Assembly (NCBI GenBank): GCA_964016885.1 | Contig: OZ024755.1 | Coordinates: forward strand, 31,124,001-31,188,000 | Direction: 5' to 3' | Length of the DNA: 64,000 nucleotides | From: Eledone cirrhosa | Lineage: Eukaryota | In this document: piece after piece, positions 61,701-64,000 of the stretch | Position numbering within the stretch: position 1 is the first letter of the stretch | Layout of the letters: each line of letters begins with the position of its first letter | Program-made: the position numbers and the translations under genes | Notes under the pieces: model-generated | The model's input: the letters and a program-made list of their open reading frames with translations, nothing else | The model's database searches: none | What the model was told of the DNA's origin: nothing

Positions 61701-62900
61701 TAATCTACCTGGCTTGTGTGTTCCCCCGATCTATAGGTGATCAAGTGATTGTCTCGTTTTTTGAAGTTAGTGTTACAGATAGTTAAGTTATTTGCGTCGC
61801 AGAATTCCAGGATTCTGGAGCCTTCCTCATTTCTAGTACCGAACCCATAGCCTCCATGGATTCCGTCATAGCCGTCACAATGTTGTCCAACGTGACCATT
61901 TAGGTCGCCTGCAATAACTATATAGTCACTGTCGGTTATTTGGGAGGTAGCGAGCATCAGTGTCTCGTAGAATCTGTCTTTTATAGCGCGGGGCAGTCCG
62001 GATTGGGGTGCGTACGCAGATATTACTGTCACCGTAGTTTTATTGAGGACAAGTCTTATTTTAATTATTCTGTCGTTCACTCTATTTACGTCTATTATCT
62101 TATCTGCCCACTTTTCTGCTACCATGATTCCTACCCCACCCAACCCATTGTCATTTCCCACCCAGAAAAGCTTATAGCATCGTTCTTTGCCCACGATGAA
62201 TCTAGCCGACCCTCCCCTCCACCTGGTCTCTTGAATACAACAAACATCGACCTCCTTACGTTCAAGCATTTCTACAACCTCGTTAGAGCGACCCTTTAAG
62301 GTGCCTACATTCATGGTACCGACTCTGAAGTTTTGGATTGCGTTTGGAGGGTGGGAGCGGTGGGGCGCGGGGGGGGATGGGGTTATGTTAGCCATCCTGG
62401 GCCGAAACAAGGAGGAGTGCTTGCATTCTCGTCCACGAGGTGAATTTGGCTTTATCTTTGGCATTGTCGCTGAGCGTCCACATTTTTCTCTCTTCAACTC
62501 TCCAGAATTCCGTAGTCCATCCATCATATCGAAAAGCAACCAGTTAAGCGATAGTATGGGCCTCTGACTTATGATTGGTCCACGTAATAATGGTGGTGCG
62601 TGGGGGCGGGAGGGAGGGATGATGGGTTGTTAGCGAGAATGTAAGGTTTAAGATAAGATCGCCGTATTTTGGGCATGATTTAACAATAAACGAAAATACA
62701 AGATTTGTTTTGTTTAAGAAAATACGATAGAGAAAATGCGGTGATAGGGAAAATATGATTTTTAGAGAAAAGATATGATATAGAATGGTGAAAATATGAT
62801 ATCGTGTGAAATTAGGACATAGAAGTGATTGAATGAATGGGTTCGAATGGAGAGAAGAATCGAGAAAAATTTGAACGTTACTTTATACCGAAGGGAACAG
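58793..62900 (-). mobile_element. Near full-length RTE-clade LINE (5' boundary uncertain; about 500-nt 3' UTR and (TGA)n tail at 58793-58809)
   Basis: Single uninterrupted EN-RT ORF, RTE-type C-terminus (RLRWYGHVMR, GRPRKTW) and a short tandem-repeat tail. No TSD identified. Confidence 0.9.
59294..62539 (-). CDS. RTE LINE polyprotein: APE endonuclease, reverse transcriptase and an inserted PHD-type (C4HC3) finger. About 1080 aa, first in-frame ATG at 62527.
   Basis: APE motifs: TMNVGTL, IQETRW, SAYAPQ, AGDLNGHVG, SQVDYIL, SQHRL. RT motifs: NYRGIKL, QFGF, DLEKAF, GVHQGSVLSPLLF, LLYADDL, KINLAKTK, FRYLG. Finger: CSVC-x10-CPKC-x4-H-x2-C-x14-CGRC. Confidence 0.95.
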   Translation of the reverse strand: MLFDMMDGLRNSGELKREKCGRSATMPKIKPNSPRGRECKHSSLFRPRMANITPSPPAPHRSHPPNAIQNFRVGTMNVGTLKGRSNEVVEMLERKEVDVCCIQETRWRGGSARFIVGKERCYKLFWVGNDNGLGGVGIMVAEKWADKIIDVNRVNDRIIKIRLVLNKTTVTVISAYAPQSGLPRAIKDRFYETLMLATSQITDSDYIVIAGDLNGHVGQHCDGYDGIHGGYGFGTRNEEGSRILEFCDANNLTICNTNFKKRDNHLITYRSGEHTSQVDYILTRRRDRVSVVNTKSHPHEEFTSQHRLIISDLIVRTRRTRQRKRTILRRKIWKLKDPIARNKFQSKLLDAFDSKEEQLESYNIEEQWEFLRANLLTAADEVCGWSRPVGRRRVTWWWNSKVEESIKAKKQAWKVWRDGGSREDYQVARREARRQVYFARREAEERKFKHVLQREDQKREVFRIARQCVKENRDIVGEKCVLNDDGILAITDADKKVAWKCHYERLLNEENKWEKDSLPQIDPIEGPAVLVEGSIISKAIKDMKTGKAAGPSEIVAEMLKASGSVGHTMVTRIVNQVVQNGVVPKEWRSSIIVNCYKGKGDALDRSNYRGIKLIDQVMKVTEKVIAQLIRERIDLDEMQFGFVSGKSTTDALFIVRQLQEKYLAKSKPLYLAFVDLEKAFNRVPRSIIWWSLRKLGVDEWLVRAIQAMYKETVSKVRINNEYSEEFSVKVGVHQGSVLSPLLFIIALQAITEEFKTGCPWELLYADDLTLIAESMTELEKKFQTWKHGLESKGLKINLAKTKVLVCRKENKAAVPSGKWPCSVCRKGVGRNSILCPKCKVWVHKRCSGITGKLTKNIDFTCGRCSGAISSSKCPQNTSSFNCAEGSIEIVDSFRYLGDKISSGGGCSESTVARVRTGWKKFRELIPLLAARGFSLKMKGRLYDACIRTAMLHGSETWALCAEDIRRLERNEACMLRWMCNSNIRERQSINELRKKLEIRGIRCCLLERRLRWYGHVMRMKDDSCITKCRAIKIDGSHGVGRPRKTWDELINSDLTRLHLSKTMSLDRDLWRYSVIEKTRLT

Positions 62901-63278
62901 CCATCCCAGAAATAGCGAGTTGGCGATTTTGATTAATTTTGGTAGGGTTTTATCTTATATGTATAGAGAGGGAGGGGGGGGGGGCAGGAACCAGCATGAT
63001 GAATGGGTAGGGGGTAGAATATGGGATGGAGCAGAGGTTAAAAGTTTAAATAGGTACTCGAAGATTTGCGTAAAACTTAGCAAGTTTAACAAATTATATT
63101 TAAAGGAATATATACAATTCACTAAGACACATTCACACAAGAGTAGTGAATTTTAGAATGCTGGTCGCTGTATTCTACAGTTTCTTACCACCCCCTTCTT
63201 CCCTTCTTTCCTCAGTTATCACAAAGATGTGTGCGTATATGTAATAATTATTTTGTCTCGTATGTCTTTTTATGTATA

Positions 63279-63621
63279 TCATCATCATCATCATTTCATT
63301 TTACGTCCGCTTTTCCCTGCTTGCAAGGGTGGGACGGGAACTGATGCTGGCTTGATTTCTACAGCTGGATGCACTTCCTAACACCAACCTCATTTACAGT
63401 GAGTGCTGGGTGCTTTTTTGCCGTGGCACCTCCACGACCACTTTGCAGTGGAATGATATGGACCTCAGTCCCTATCATCTCATTTCTACAGCTGAGTAAA
63501 CTGGAGCAATGTGAAATAAAGTGTCTTGCTCAAGGAAATGACACATCACCCGGTCTGAGAATTGAACTCACAACCTTTCGATTGCAAGGCCAATGCTCTA
63601 ACCACTAAGCCATGTGCCTCC
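63279..63621 (-). mobile_element. CORE-like SINE with RTE tail
   Basis: Reverse complement of 51554-51880, with a (cat)n tail at 63279-63293. Confidence 0.88.
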
Positions 63622-63688
63622 ATATAAGTGTATTTGTAATTCTATTGTGTGGCAGACAATACACACATTGGCTTTTATTATAGTAATA

Positions 63689-63905
63689 GGGCGGTGGATT
63701 GACAGTATCGGTAGAGGGTCAGACGCCATCCTTTGCAGCATAGAGTTAACGCTCCCTTATGGTCTGAGTTCAAATCCCGCCGAGGTTAACTTTGCCTTTC
63801 ATCCTTACGGTGTCGATAAAATAAAGTACCAGTCACGCACTGGGGTCGATTTAATCGACTTTCCCTGCCCCCAAAACTGCTGGCCTTGTGCCTATATAAG
63901 AAATC
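63689..63905 (+). mobile_element. Full-length Meta-domain-like tRNA SINE with a 13-bp TSD
   Basis: Head ggcggtggattgacagtatcgg and box B gagttcaaatccc. TSD attatagtaatag at 63677-63689 and 63906-63918. Confidence 0.88.
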
Positions 63906-64000
63906 ATTATAGTAATAGCTGGCTTCATTGCCATAAAAAATGACAGCTAATTGTTGTATTTTAGATATAAAAAGGGTACAAAATCAAATTTTTAATTTAA

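Noticed and set aside
62540-63270. ORF1, a 5' ribozyme or a target-site duplication for the intact LINE
   Set aside because: No credible ORF, no recognisable ribozyme fold, and no repeat of the gaccctct flank were found by eye. The 5' boundary is left uncertain.

Overview
This is AT-rich, repeat-dense eukaryotic genomic DNA with no prokaryotic operons, CRISPR arrays or rRNA. The SINE/LINE repertoire suggests a coleoid cephalopod (octopus-like), which is an inference. One host gene is visible: the last five coding exons (+ strand, 6612-21597) of a ZNF385-like matrin/U1-type zinc-finger RNA-binding protein, probably followed by a 3'-UTR intron and a long 3' UTR to about 29.2 kb. Its fingers occur in an order that differs from vertebrate ZNF385. 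The rest is transposon-derived or simple repeat. It includes one intact-ORF RTE-clade LINE (59294-62539, minus strand) with APE endonuclease and RT plus a C4HC3 PHD-type finger inserted inside the RT, and several decayed copies of that family. Also present are a decayed CR1-type LINE, a probable Penelope-like relic, hammerhead-ribozyme-like motifs, mariner/pogo/DD37D relics, TTAA-flanked piggyBac-like MITEs, several tRNA-derived SINE families (one sharing the RTE 3' end), foldback palindromes and minisatellites. Most long ORFs in the supplied track are artefacts of tandem repeats. All calls were made by eye without database searches.
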